A stretch of DNA of 61,467 nucleotides from Bacteroidaceae bacterium (GCA_963588695.1 CAVAIX010000001.1:1-61467), one strand, 5' to 3'. Counted from the first letter of the stretch, positions 29,111-39,085 are shown. Program-made: numbers and translations. Notes: a model not told the origin generated them from the sequence alone.

Positions 29111-31927
29111 ATGAATATGGAACAAAATAAGATTTTCGCTCTGTCAGCGATACTCGCTGTAGCAATGGCCTTGCCCGTTGGCGCACAGAACGACACTGCT
29201 GCAGATTCTGCGCAGGTCCATGTGGCTTTCCGCAAGGTGGCGCAGGAAGACGTGCTGGGTGGTGTGTCGTCCTTGAACTACAGGGAACTGACAGAAAAGA
29301 ACTACAACACCTACAGCCTTGACAATATGCAGGGCTATGTGGCCGGTTACAACGGTGCCGGCATGTGGGGACTTACCGATCAGTTGGTGCTGATAGACGG
29401 TGTGCCCCGCGGAGCCGACAATGTGAAACCCGACGAGATAGAACAGGTGACCTTCTTGAAAGGTGCACAGGCCGTGGTGCTCTACGGTAGCCGCGCCGCC
29501 AAGGGAGCCGTGCTGATCACGACCAAGCGCGGACGGGTGAACGACGGACTGAGCCTGAACGTTCGTGCCAACACTGGTTGGAACGTGGCAAAGTCCTATC
29601 CCGAATACTTAGGTTCTGCCGAGTATATGACGCTCTACAACGAGGCTCGCGCCAACGACGGTCTGTCTGCGCTCTATACGCAGGAGCAGATCTACAACAC
29701 CGCCATGGGCACTAATCCCTACCGCTATCCTGATGTGGACTTCTATTCGTCCGACTACATCAAGAAAGCCTACAACCGTACCGACGTGACGGCTGAGATA
29801 GAGGGTGGCAACGATCGTGCCCGCTTCTATTCGAACGTGAGCTATTACTCGCTGGGCAGCTATCTGAACTTCGGAGAGGCCAAGAACAACAGAACCGACC
29901 GCTTCAATGTACGCGGAAATGTAGACCTGCGCATCAACCAGTTCATTGATGCCTACGTCAACGCCAACGCAACCTACTACAATGCGAAGTCGGCCAACGG
30001 TGAAAGCTACTGGAGCGAAGCCGCTTCACTGCGTCCCAACCGTGTCAGCCCACTCATTCCCGTGAGCTATCTGGACGAGAACGCTGTGGCCGCCAAACAG
30101 TTGCTCTCCACCTCGAACAACATCATCGGTGGGAAGTATTTCCTCGGTGGAACACAGACAGACCTCACCAATGTCTTTGCCGACTACTACGCAGCAGGCA
30201 AGAACACCTGGACGAGTCGCCAGTTCCAGTTCGACGCAGGTGTGAATGTTGACCTCGCTTCGGTGTTGAAGGGTCTGAGCTTCCATACCATGGTGGCTGT
30301 GGACTATGCGACCACCTATACCTCGGCGTTCAACAACACGTACGCCACCTTTGAGCCGACGTGGAGCAACTACAACGGACAGGATGTCATCGTGGCCTTG
30401 AACAACCATGAGACGGTCGACAAGAAGTCGGGTGTGCAGAACATCTCAGGCTCCAGCGACAATCAGACCATAGCCTTCAATGCCCACTTCGACTACAACC
30501 GCACCTTCGCTGGCAACCACAACGTGAGTGCAATGCTCGTGGCCAACGGCTATCAGCAGACGTATTCCGAAGAGTACCATAAGACGAGCAACGCCAACCT
30601 TGGCGCAGAGGTGGCTTACAACTATGCCCACCGCTACTATGCTGATCTGGCCGTGGCACTGCCGTATTCGGCTCGCCTGCCCGAAGGCCATCGTGCTTCG
30701 CTCTCGCCCTCGCTCACCTTGGGTTGGCGCCTGTCTAAGGAGGCCTTTCTGGAGAACGGAATCTTCGACGATCTGACACTCAGCGTGAGTGCCAGCGACT
30801 TGAAGACCGACCTCGGCATTGACGACTACTATATGTACCTCGGCACTTATCAGAGTGGCGGCTGGTGGGACTGGAACGGAGGTTCTGGCCACTCGGCCAT
30901 TCAGTCGAAGCGAGGCGGCAACGATAACTTCGGCTATCTGCACCGCAAGGAGTTCTCGGCTTCGCTCCACGCAGCCCTGTTGCAGCGTGCACTGACCGTC
31001 GACGCCTCGTTCTTCACCAATAAGATGCAGGGCGGCATCATCACGGCCAGCAATCAGATGCCCAGCTACTTCCAGGTGTCTTATCCCACCTCGTCGTTTG
31101 TTCCCTATCTGAACTACAACGACGACACGCGCACAGGTTTCGACTTGGCCGTCAACTACAAGAAACAGATGGGCGATTTCGGCTTCCAGGGTGGCGTCTC
31201 CATGACCTACTACACCACCAACGCCTCGAAGCGTGACGATACGGCCTATGCGGACGAGTATCAGTACCGTCAGGGTCGTCCCCTCGACACCATTTGGGGC
31301 TATGAGTGCATTGGCTTCTTTGCCGATCAGGCTGACATTGACAATTCGCCCGAACAGATTCTCGGCGGCACCATCCGTCCAGGAGACCTGAAGTATAAGG
31401 ATCAGAACGGCGACGGTGTTATTGACTCCAAAGACCAAGTCAGTCTGGGCAAGGGTGGCTGGTATGGTAGTCCGCTGACCTTAGGCGTGAACCTCACTTT
31501 CCGCTATAAGAACTTCACGCTGTTCATGCTCGGCACAGGCGGCTTCGGCGGCCACGCCATGCGCAACAGCAGTTACTGGTGGGTGTCGGGCGAGAACAAG
31601 TACTCGGCTGCCGTGCGCGGCCGTTGGACACCAGAGACGGCTGCCACCGCCACCTATCCGCGTCTGACCACGGAGAGCGGTACGAACAACTACCAGAGCA
31701 GCGACTTCTGGATGTACTCCACTTCTCAGTTCAATCTGGCTAAGGTGCAGCTGACCTACGACCTGCCGAAATCCATCCTTGGCGACTGCTTCATCAAGGG
31801 CATCTCGGCTTACGTCAGCGGCAACAGCCTGCTCACCATTGCCAAGGAACGCGAAATCCTGGAGATGAATGTAGGCTCTGCCCCACAGGCCCGCTTCTAT
31901 AACTTAGGTGTGAAACTGTCTTTCTGA
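29111..31927 (+). CDS. susC: Second SusC TonB-dependent transporter (shorter, no N-terminal extension)
   Basis: LKGAQAVVLYGSRAAKGAVLITTKRG, PGDLKYKDQNGDG, C-terminal GVKLSF. Confidence 0.93.
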   Translation: MNMEQNKIFALSAILAVAMALPVGAQNDTAADSAQVHVAFRKVAQEDVLGGVSSLNYRELTEKNYNTYSLDNMQGYVAGYNGAGMWGLTDQLVLIDGVPRGADNVKPDEIEQVTFLKGAQAVVLYGSRAAKGAVLITTKRGRVNDGLSLNVRANTGWNVAKSYPEYLGSAEYMTLYNEARANDGLSALYTQEQIYNTAMGTNPYRYPDVDFYSSDYIKKAYNRTDVTAEIEGGNDRARFYSNVSYYSLGSYLNFGEAKNNRTDRFNVRGNVDLRINQFIDAYVNANATYYNAKSANGESYWSEAASLRPNRVSPLIPVSYLDENAVAAKQLLSTSNNIIGGKYFLGGTQTDLTNVFADYYAAGKNTWTSRQFQFDAGVNVDLASVLKGLSFHTMVAVDYATTYTSAFNNTYATFEPTWSNYNGQDVIVALNNHETVDKKSGVQNISGSSDNQTIAFNAHFDYNRTFAGNHNVSAMLVANGYQQTYSEEYHKTSNANLGAEVAYNYAHRYYADLAVALPYSARLPEGHRASLSPSLTLGWRLSKEAFLENGIFDDLTLSVSASDLKTDLGIDDYYMYLGTYQSGGWWDWNGGSGHSAIQSKRGGNDNFGYLHRKEFSASLHAALLQRALTVDASFFTNKMQGGIITASNQMPSYFQVSYPTSSFVPYLNYNDDTRTGFDLAVNYKKQMGDFGFQGGVSMTYYTTNASKRDDTAYADEYQYRQGRPLDTIWGYECIGFFADQADIDNSPEQILGGTIRPGDLKYKDQNGDGVIDSKDQVSLGKGGWYGSPLTLGVNLTFRYKNFTLFMLGTGGFGGHAMRNSSYWWVSGENKYSAAVRGRWTPETAATATYPRLTTESGTNNYQSSDFWMYSTSQFNLAKVQLTYDLPKSILGDCFIKGISAYVSGNSLLTIAKEREILEMNVGSAPQARFYNLGVKLSF

Positions 31928-31952
31928 ATGAGTAATTAGAAAATTAAGAATT

Positions 31953-33767
31953 ATGATTACCAAGAATATATCAAAATCGCTCCGCTTTGGTTTCGTGTGC
32001 TGCGCTGCCTGTGCTGCGCTGACCGCCTGCGACGACCTCTTCGAGCCTGCCTTGGAGAACAACCAGGACATTAACCAGATGTACACCAATCCGGAGTTTG
32101 CACGTGGCATTCTCGACAATGCCTATCTGCTGCTGCCCTACGAGTCTTCGCCCTCTACCGACGTGGCTACTGACGATGCCGTTTCCAACGACAATGACAA
32201 TAGCTACAAGAAGATGGCCACTGGATCGTGGGCTGCGAATATGAACCCTGTCAGCCAGTGGAACGCACGCTACCACGCCATCCAGTATTGTAACCTGATG
32301 CTGGAGAACTGCGAGAAGGTGCAGTGGGCCTACTCCAGTGAATCGCTGAACGAGATGTTCAAAGACAACTATATGGGCAATGCCTACGCGTTGCGCGGTC
32401 TTCATATGTTCTATCTGCTCCGTGCCCATTGCGGTATGGTGGACGGACAGCTGATGGGTGTGCCTATCCATCTGAGTTCCGAGGATGCGTCCAGCGACTT
32501 CAACCAGCCGCGCAACACCTTCAAGGAGTGCTTCGACCAGATCATGGCCGACTTCGACGCAGCGCTCCAATACCTGCCTGAGCAGTATGGTGATGTGGAC
32601 GCTTCCGCCGTTCCTGCAAAATACAAGCAGTTGGGTGGTGACGACAGCGAGTACAACCGCGCCTTTGGCAGTAACCACCGAGGTAAGATAGACGGACGCA
32701 TCATAGCCGCCTTCAAGGCGCAGGTGGCACTCTTCGCCGCTTCGCCAGCCTATGCTTCTGCTGGTGCCTGCACCTACGAGCAGGCAGCCCAGTTGGCCGT
32801 GAACAGTCTGAAGAACTGTGGCGGCGTGAGTGGCATTGACAAGGATGGCTGGAAATGGTTTGCCAACACCTCGGTCATTGACAACCTGGGAGTCACTGAC
32901 CCCAACCCAGCCGAGATCATCTGGCGCGCCAACGTCAGCAAGAGCAACACACTGGAGTCGAACAACTATCCGCCGTCGCTCTATGGCAGCGGACGCGTGA
33001 ACCCCACGCAGAACCTGGTGGATGCCTTCCCTATGGCCAATGGCAAGCCCATCACGGCAGAAGGCTCAGGCTATGATAGCCAGCATCCTTACGACAACCG
33101 TGACCCGCGCCTGAAACAGTATATCCTGGTCAATGGAGAGAAGCAGGGAGCCAGCAGCGCGGTCATCAACACCGCGGCTGATGCCACCACCCTCGACGGC
33201 TTGAACCGTGAGAACGGATCGTCAACCAAGACGGGCTACTACCTGCGTAAGCTGCTCCGTTCCGACATCAACCTCGACCCGTCGAGCAAAACCGAGCAGT
33301 ACCACCTGCAGGCGCGCATCCGCTACACCGAGATCTTCCTGGATTATGCGGAGGCGGCCAACGAGGCACAAGGACCAACGGCCAAAGTGGGCGGTGCCAG
33401 CTACTCTGCTTATGACGTGATCAAGGCCATCCGTCAGCGTGCAGGCATCTGTGCCAACACCACCGACGAGTACCTGGAGTCGTGCGCTGGCAGCAAGGAG
33501 AAGATGCGCGAACTCATCCGCAACGAGCGCCGCCTGGAACTCTGTTTCGAGAACCACCGCTTCTGGGATCTTCGTCGCTGGCAGTCCAACCTCAACGAGA
33601 CGGCCAATGGCGTGAGCATCACTACCGATTCCGCTACGGGTGCACTCAACTATAAGAACATCAGTGTGGAGAGCCGCGACTATAAAGACTATATGATCTA
33701 CGGTCCCATCCCTTATAGCGAAATCCTGAAGTGGAGCAACCTCCAGCAGAACGACGGCTGGAAATAA
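31953..33767 (+). CDS. susD: Second SusD lipoprotein
   Basis: LTAC-DD lipobox, NRDPRL, RYTEIFLDYAEA, ERRLELCFENHRFWDLRRW, QNDGW. Confidence 0.95.
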   Translation: MITKNISKSLRFGFVCCAACAALTACDDLFEPALENNQDINQMYTNPEFARGILDNAYLLLPYESSPSTDVATDDAVSNDNDNSYKKMATGSWAANMNPVSQWNARYHAIQYCNLMLENCEKVQWAYSSESLNEMFKDNYMGNAYALRGLHMFYLLRAHCGMVDGQLMGVPIHLSSEDASSDFNQPRNTFKECFDQIMADFDAALQYLPEQYGDVDASAVPAKYKQLGGDDSEYNRAFGSNHRGKIDGRIIAAFKAQVALFAASPAYASAGACTYEQAAQLAVNSLKNCGGVSGIDKDGWKWFANTSVIDNLGVTDPNPAEIIWRANVSKSNTLESNNYPPSLYGSGRVNPTQNLVDAFPMANGKPITAEGSGYDSQHPYDNRDPRLKQYILVNGEKQGASSAVINTAADATTLDGLNRENGSSTKTGYYLRKLLRSDINLDPSSKTEQYHLQARIRYTEIFLDYAEAANEAQGPTAKVGGASYSAYDVIKAIRQRAGICANTTDEYLESCAGSKEKMRELIRNERRLELCFENHRFWDLRRWQSNLNETANGVSITTDSATGALNYKNISVESRDYKDYMIYGPIPYSEILKWSNLQQNDGWK

Positions 33768-33799
33768 CTGACATCATGTATAAGTTCTAAAAAACAGCA

Positions 33800-34798
33800 A
33801 TGATTATGAACAAGATATTTAATTTCCTCTGCCTGGGCTTCGTAGGCTGTGCAATGGGCGCTGTCCTCACCGCCTGCGAGAATGGCAACCAGTCCTTCGA
33901 CGACTATGAGGGTGGCACTACCGTCTACTTTCCCTACCAGTACCCTGTGCGCACCATCGTTTTAGGCTCTGACGAGTATGACACCACACTGGACCAGGCG
34001 CATAAGTGCCAGATCAAGGCCACCTTCGGCGGCTCTTACAACGGCAGCAACTGTACGGTGCAGGTGGCGGTAGACCCCACGCTGGTCAATAACCTGACCT
34101 TTGCCGACGGCACTGCCGTCAAGGCCATGCCCACGAACTACTACACGCTCTCCACCACCGATCTGGCCTTCAAAGGCACGATGAACGGTACGACGGAAGT
34201 GCAGCTGACCGACGCGTTCTTCAATGACCCTGATGCCGTGAAGAACACCTACGTCATTCCGCTCGTGATGACCAGTCAGACGGGCTTCGGCAAGATCCTC
34301 ACGGGCACACTCGTGGAGGGAGCCAATGCCGTGCGCACCGATGCTTCGTGCTGGGAGGTGCTGCCCATGGACTATGTGCTCTACTGCGTGAAGTTCCAAA
34401 ACAAGTATTCCGGCTACTGGCTGACCAACGGCACCACCTCCATCGACAATATCGAGAAGGGTAGCGTCGTACAGGTCACCACCAAGTCGCTGACACAGTC
34501 TGTTTACAGCGTGTCTTGGCAGGATGGTGCAACGCTCTACAACGTCGACCTGCTGCTGTCGTTCAATGGCGACCAGTGCTCCATCAGCTCGCTCACCGAC
34601 GGAGCGACAGCCACTGGCACAGGCTCTTTTGGCGAAAAGTCCGAGAAGAAGGCTTGGGGCAACAAAGATCGCGACGGCATGGAGCTGAACTACAGTGTCA
34701 CCTTCGCTGACGGCCATCAGTTCTCCACCCACGAGAAACTCGTCTGGCTGCGCAGCGGTGTCACCCTTGAGGAGTTCTCTCCCATCTACGTGAAGTAA
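33800..34798 (+). CDS. PUL surface lipoprotein (DUF1735/DUF5627-type, SusE position)
   Basis: LTAC-EN lipobox; VYFPYQYPVRT, MPTNYYTL, YVIPL motifs; position after susD. Confidence 0.8.
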   Translation: MIMNKIFNFLCLGFVGCAMGAVLTACENGNQSFDDYEGGTTVYFPYQYPVRTIVLGSDEYDTTLDQAHKCQIKATFGGSYNGSNCTVQVAVDPTLVNNLTFADGTAVKAMPTNYYTLSTTDLAFKGTMNGTTEVQLTDAFFNDPDAVKNTYVIPLVMTSQTGFGKILTGTLVEGANAVRTDASCWEVLPMDYVLYCVKFQNKYSGYWLTNGTTSIDNIEKGSVVQVTTKSLTQSVYSVSWQDGATLYNVDLLLSFNGDQCSISSLTDGATATGTGSFGEKSEKKAWGNKDRDGMELNYSVTFADGHQFSTHEKLVWLRSGVTLEEFSPIYVK

Positions 34799-34829
34799 AA
34801 CATTGAAGGACTAAAAATCGAAGGATATT

Positions 34830-37025
34830 ATGATTACCAAGAATATCAAAACCATCCTCGCCGCAGGTTTGATAGGTTGTGCCGCGTGCACAGCCTTCAC
34901 CTCCTGCGCCGACGAGTTCGACCGTAGCTACGGGGTGTCGCAGCCTGCCCTCACTGGGGAGTATGCCTACCTCAACGACTATAAACCCTTGAAGGAATAT
35001 GTGGACCGCACCAAGTATCCTAACTTCAAGCTCGGGGTTGGCACTACGGTGGCTAACTACCTGGACAAGGAACTGGTATATGGCCTCACCAACTCCAACT
35101 TCGACGAGACGGTGGCGGGCAATGCCATGAAGATGGCTTCGTGCGTCAAAGACGACGGCTCGATGGACTTCTCCACTGTCACGGAGTATGTGCAGACGGC
35201 CACCAACGCTGGACTGTCGGTCTATGGCCACACACTGGCTTGGCACGCACAGCAACCCGTCAAATACCTCAACAGCCTCATTGCCGCCAAGGAGATAGAG
35301 GTTGACCCCGACGCAAGGGTAGAGAAGGTGGACTATGAAATGGACTATAGCAAGGCTTCTGGCTATCAGTTCTGGGCAGAGAACACCACACCCACCATCA
35401 ATGCAGCGGAGGGCGCACTGCAGATTGACAACGCTGAGGCGGTCAACAACTGGCAGGTGCAGTATCAAGTGGCCAGTGGAATGCCCACGATTACGGGCAA
35501 TACCTACAAACTGAAGATGACCATCAAGGCCACTGGTGAAGGCAATATGGCCTGGGGTGTCGGCGGTTGGAGCGGTCGTGCTGATGGCTCTTTCGCTTTC
35601 GACACCGAATGGAAAGAGTATGAAAAGGAGTTCACAGCAACCGCTGACGGCGGTTTCGTGCTGTGTCAGACGGGTCAGTTCGTCGGCACCATCTACATCA
35701 AGAATGTGCAGATCACCCACTCCGAGACACCCGTGATGGAGGTGTTCAAAGACTACCTCACCAACGGCGAGATGGAGAGCGGAAAGTCCATGGACAACTT
35801 CATAGTCAGAGAGAGCGGAAAGGGCGACAACCCTGGAGTGCCCATCGCTGGAGGACCTGACGGAAAGAACTGCATTGTGATCCATTCCGTCGACAATCCA
35901 ACAAACGCGTGGGATACGCAGTTCTTCATCTATACCCCCGACAAGGAATGGGCGGCAGGTGAACAGTACACCCTCTCGTTCTACTACAAGGCTTCCGCAG
36001 AGGCCAGTTGCGAAACACAGTGCCACGGTGCCCCTGGATCATACAAACACTGGCAGTGCCTGCCTTCCAATCCGAAATTCACCACTCAGTGGCAGAAGTA
36101 TGAGGTGCAAGGCACGATACCTTCCAGTGGCGACGGCATGAAGTCCATAGCCTTCAATCTGAATGTCACCACAAAAGCCGTAGACTACTATTTCGCTGAC
36201 ATCCACTGGGGCGTCATGGAGAAGACCAACAAGATAGAACTCACCGACGAAGAGAAGAAAGACACGCTGACGTGGGCCATGGATCGTTGGATCAGTGGTA
36301 TGATGGAGGCCTGCGAGGGCAACGTCAAGGCTTGGGACGTGGTCAACGAGGCCATCTCTGGCGGCTCGGCCGACAGCGAGGGCGTCTATGCCCTGCAGCA
36401 CGCCACCGAAGGCTCTACCGACTTCTTCTGGCAGGACTATCTGGGCGACCTGGACTATGTCCGCACCGCCGTGCGCCTGGCTCGCCAGTACGGACCCGAG
36501 GACATCAAACTCTTCGTCAACGACTACAACCTGGAGAGCGACTGGGATCAGAACCAGAAACTCACCAGTCTCATCCAGTGGATAGCACGTTGGGAGGCTG
36601 ACGGCGTGACCAAGATTGACGGTATTGGCACACAGATGCACATCTCCTGCTACCTCAACCCCACCACGCAAGAGAGCAAAAAGGCCGCCATTACCAATAT
36701 GTTCAAACTGATGGCCGCCACAGGCAAACTCATCCGTGTCTCCGAACTGGACATGGGACTGATTGATGCCGACGGCAACAGCGTCAACACGGCCGATGTG
36801 ACGGAGGAACAGCACAAGATGATGGCCGACCTCTATAAGTTCGTCGTCGAGCAGTACCTCTCCATCATCCCTGCCTCGCAGCAGTGGGGCATCTGCCAGT
36901 GGGCTCCCACCGACAGCCCCGCAGGCAGCGGATGGCGCGCCAACTGTCCCATCGGACTTTGGGATAGCAACTACAACCGTAAGCACACTTACGCTGGCTT
37001 CGCTGACGGCTTGGCCGGTAAGTGA
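34830..37025 (+). CDS. Surface endo-1,4-beta-xylanase (GH10) with carbohydrate-binding modules inserted in the catalytic domain
   Basis: FTSC lipobox; GNAMKM, GHTLAWHAQ, then an insert of roughly 300 aa, then WDVVNE (acid/base), NDYNLE, IDGIGTQMH, VSELD (nucleophile). Confidence 0.92.
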   Translation: MITKNIKTILAAGLIGCAACTAFTSCADEFDRSYGVSQPALTGEYAYLNDYKPLKEYVDRTKYPNFKLGVGTTVANYLDKELVYGLTNSNFDETVAGNAMKMASCVKDDGSMDFSTVTEYVQTATNAGLSVYGHTLAWHAQQPVKYLNSLIAAKEIEVDPDARVEKVDYEMDYSKASGYQFWAENTTPTINAAEGALQIDNAEAVNNWQVQYQVASGMPTITGNTYKLKMTIKATGEGNMAWGVGGWSGRADGSFAFDTEWKEYEKEFTATADGGFVLCQTGQFVGTIYIKNVQITHSETPVMEVFKDYLTNGEMESGKSMDNFIVRESGKGDNPGVPIAGGPDGKNCIVIHSVDNPTNAWDTQFFIYTPDKEWAAGEQYTLSFYYKASAEASCETQCHGAPGSYKHWQCLPSNPKFTTQWQKYEVQGTIPSSGDGMKSIAFNLNVTTKAVDYYFADIHWGVMEKTNKIELTDEEKKDTLTWAMDRWISGMMEACEGNVKAWDVVNEAISGGSADSEGVYALQHATEGSTDFFWQDYLGDLDYVRTAVRLARQYGPEDIKLFVNDYNLESDWDQNQKLTSLIQWIARWEADGVTKIDGIGTQMHISCYLNPTTQESKKAAITNMFKLMAATGKLIRVSELDMGLIDADGNSVNTADVTEEQHKMMADLYKFVVEQYLSIIPASQQWGICQWAPTDSPAGSGWRANCPIGLWDSNYNRKHTYAGFADGLAGK

Positions 37026-37083
37026 CCGACAAGGGTAGTTATTAGTTTTTATTAATACATCAAGGACAGCAGTGGCTGTCCGC

Positions 37084-37114
37084 GCGGGGACTGTGTCGCG
37101 GATACGGTCCCCGC
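37084..37114 (+). terminator. Likely terminator of the xylan PUL
   Basis: GCGGGGACTGTGTC-GCG-GATACGGTCCCCGC stem followed by TTATTGTATTT. Confidence 0.65.
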
Positions 37115-37137
37115 TTATTGTATTTGCAGAGAACGAA

Positions 37138-37221
37138 GAAAATCTGCAAAATAAGGCATTCAAAACAGCGAAAATCTGCAAAATAAGGCATTCTAAATGA
37201 AGAAAATCTGCAAAATAAGGC
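37138..37221 (+). repeat. Three direct repeats GAAAATCTGCAAAATAAGGC with exact 32-bp period
   Basis: Copies start at 37138, 37170 and 37202; the first two extend with ATTC. Confidence 0.92.
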
Positions 37222-37254
37222 GTTGTTTCGATAAAAACCATTACCTTTGCACCT

Positions 37255-38547
37255 ATGAAACAGACAGTTATAGATAAGCGGGAGTTGGAACTCATTCTAA
37301 ACGACCAAAAGAAGGAAATCATCGGGAGACGGGAAGAGGTTCTATGCCGTCGCACCGAGGAGCAGCTGGTGGACCTAAACAGTCCACAGGCTCAAGTCGT
37401 CATCGGAGTCCGAAGATGTGGCAAGTCCACGCTGTGCTTTCAAGCCTTGCATCATGCAGGAGTTCGTTTTGCCTATGCCGACTTTGACGATGAGCGACTG
37501 GCTTCGCTGCAAACGGAGCAGTTAAACGATGTCTTGGAAGTGCTGTACAAGATATATGGCGACTTCCATTATCTGTTTCTCGACGAAATCCAGAACGTGG
37601 CGGGCTGGCCGCTGTTTGTCAATCGCTTGCTGCGCACAAAAATGCACGTGGTGTTGACGGGGAGCAATGCCAAACTGTTAAGCAATGACTTGGCCACCCA
37701 TCTCACAGGGCGAAGCAGTGAAATCTCCCTGTATCCGTTTTCCTTTGCCGAATATTGTCAGGTGAAGCAGGTGGAACCCACGGATATGACCACCAAAGGC
37801 ATAGCCGCCCTGCGAGAGGCTTTCGATGCCTATTTGTTGCGGGGCGGATTTCCAGAACTGATGTTGGTGTCCAACAGACGGAAATACATTGCCAATCTGG
37901 TCGACAACGTTTTGAAGCGAGACATTGAGCAACGCTACAAGATATCATTTCCTGCGAGCTTCGAGAGCCTGTCCCATCATTTGCTGAACATCTCGCCAGT
38001 AGTGCCTTCGATACGCGACCTTTCCGAGACCTTCGGCTTCAAGTCCTTGCACACGGTGAGGAACTACATCGATTACCTCAAGCAGGCCTACGTGCTTCTT
38101 GGCGTGAAGAAATATGCGGCAAAAAGCAAATTACGGGTGACTGGCGAAAAACTCTATGCCGTGGACGTGGCACTGATGGATATGAGAGAGAACGCCTTCG
38201 TCGGAGACAATCTGGGGTGGCGGCTGGAAACCATCGTCTTTCTCCATCTCATCCGTCGCTGCTCCTGCGAAGGCTGGGACGTTTATTACTTAAAGGAGCG
38301 TTCTGGCGAGTGCGACTTCGTGGTGTGCAACGGCAACAAGGTGCTTCAATGCATACAGGTGGCTTATGACATTTCAAACGAGAAAACTCGGAAACGCGAG
38401 ATCAATGGGTTGCTCTTGGCTTATCGACAGACCCATTGCGCCAACCTCCTCTTGCTGACCGACCACGTGTATGAGAAGACAGAAGTCGACGGCTTACCCA
38501 TAGTCATACAGCCCGTTTATGAGTGGGCTTCTTCTCTGTCTTTTTAG
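37255..38547 (+). CDS. AAA_14/DUF4143-type ATPase
   Basis: Walker A GVRRCGKST, Walker B LFLDEIQ, TGSNAKLL, LTGR, GGFPE, KLYAVD, C-terminal ECDFVV..IQV. Confidence 0.88.
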   Translation: MKQTVIDKRELELILNDQKKEIIGRREEVLCRRTEEQLVDLNSPQAQVVIGVRRCGKSTLCFQALHHAGVRFAYADFDDERLASLQTEQLNDVLEVLYKIYGDFHYLFLDEIQNVAGWPLFVNRLLRTKMHVVLTGSNAKLLSNDLATHLTGRSSEISLYPFSFAEYCQVKQVEPTDMTTKGIAALREAFDAYLLRGGFPELMLVSNRRKYIANLVDNVLKRDIEQRYKISFPASFESLSHHLLNISPVVPSIRDLSETFGFKSLHTVRNYIDYLKQAYVLLGVKKYAAKSKLRVTGEKLYAVDVALMDMRENAFVGDNLGWRLETIVFLHLIRRCSCEGWDVYYLKERSGECDFVVCNGNKVLQCIQVAYDISNEKTRKREINGLLLAYRQTHCANLLLLTDHVYEKTEVDGLPIVIQPVYEWASSLSF

Positions 38548-38675
38548 ACTTGCGATTTCTTCACTAAAGTGACTCAATTAATTGAGCTATTTCACTGGAT
38601 TATTTGACCAAGGTCGCGATTTTTACCCCTTCTTTGTTTTTGAAAGTGGTGCTTGATGTAAAGTGATTTTTACAC

Positions 38676-38719
38676 AAAAGAAGAAGGTCGCTCGACTCTC
38701 GTCAAGCGACCCTTTTTCT
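38676..38719. terminator. Bidirectional terminator between the ATPase and the small lipoprotein
   Basis: AAGAAGGTCGCTCGAC-TCTC-GTCAAGCGACCCTTTTT. Confidence 0.75.
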
Positions 38720-38738
38720 CTCAATTCGTAGCAGTGAA

Positions 38739-38903
38739 TTACTGAACGCTGTCAGCTACAACGCTATCTGCTGCGATGCTGTCTGCAACGCTGTCAGCAG
38801 CAGCAACAGAGTCGGTGTCAACCTCAGGAGCCTGAGCCTTCTGACCACAAGATGCGAACGAAATGGCAGCGATAGCTACGAACATAAATACCAATTTTTT
38901 CAT
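38739..38903 (-). CDS. 54-aa small lipoprotein with a Asp-Ser-rich tail
   Basis: MKKLVFMFVAIAAISFASC lipobox; tail DSVAAADSVADSIAADSVVADSVQ; own promoter (minus TAACTTTG at 38956-38963) and terminator. Confidence 0.85.
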   Translation of the reverse strand: MKKLVFMFVAIAAISFASCGQKAQAPEVDTDSVAAADSVADSIAADSVVADSVQ

Positions 38904-39085
38904 TTTTCTTTGCTTTTTAAATCTGTAAAACAATCATTTGTTTATTAAAACGCTGCAAAGTTAAGCATTTTTTTAATACGTTGTTCTTTTTTTTAGGACT
39001 TTTTTTAGGTCTGTTTTGTAACTTTTCTGCAATTGGTTGACTATCAGCGTGTTTTTGATGTGTTAAAAATTGGAAAGATGGGCGC

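Noticed and set aside
37138..37221. Mini CRISPR array
   Set aside because: Intervening segments are only 8-12 nt, repeats are non-palindromic and there are no cas genes; better explained as phased binding sites
25433..37355. Long antisense ORFs over the PUL (e.g. 25433-26461, 30446-31438, 34761-36026, 36039-37355)
   Set aside because: Shadow ORFs from biased codon usage on the sense strand; no recognisable motifs
38573..38586. 14-bp palindrome CTCAATTAATTGAG downstream of the ATPase
   Set aside because: Single AT-rich occurrence with no matching site found; cannot assign a function
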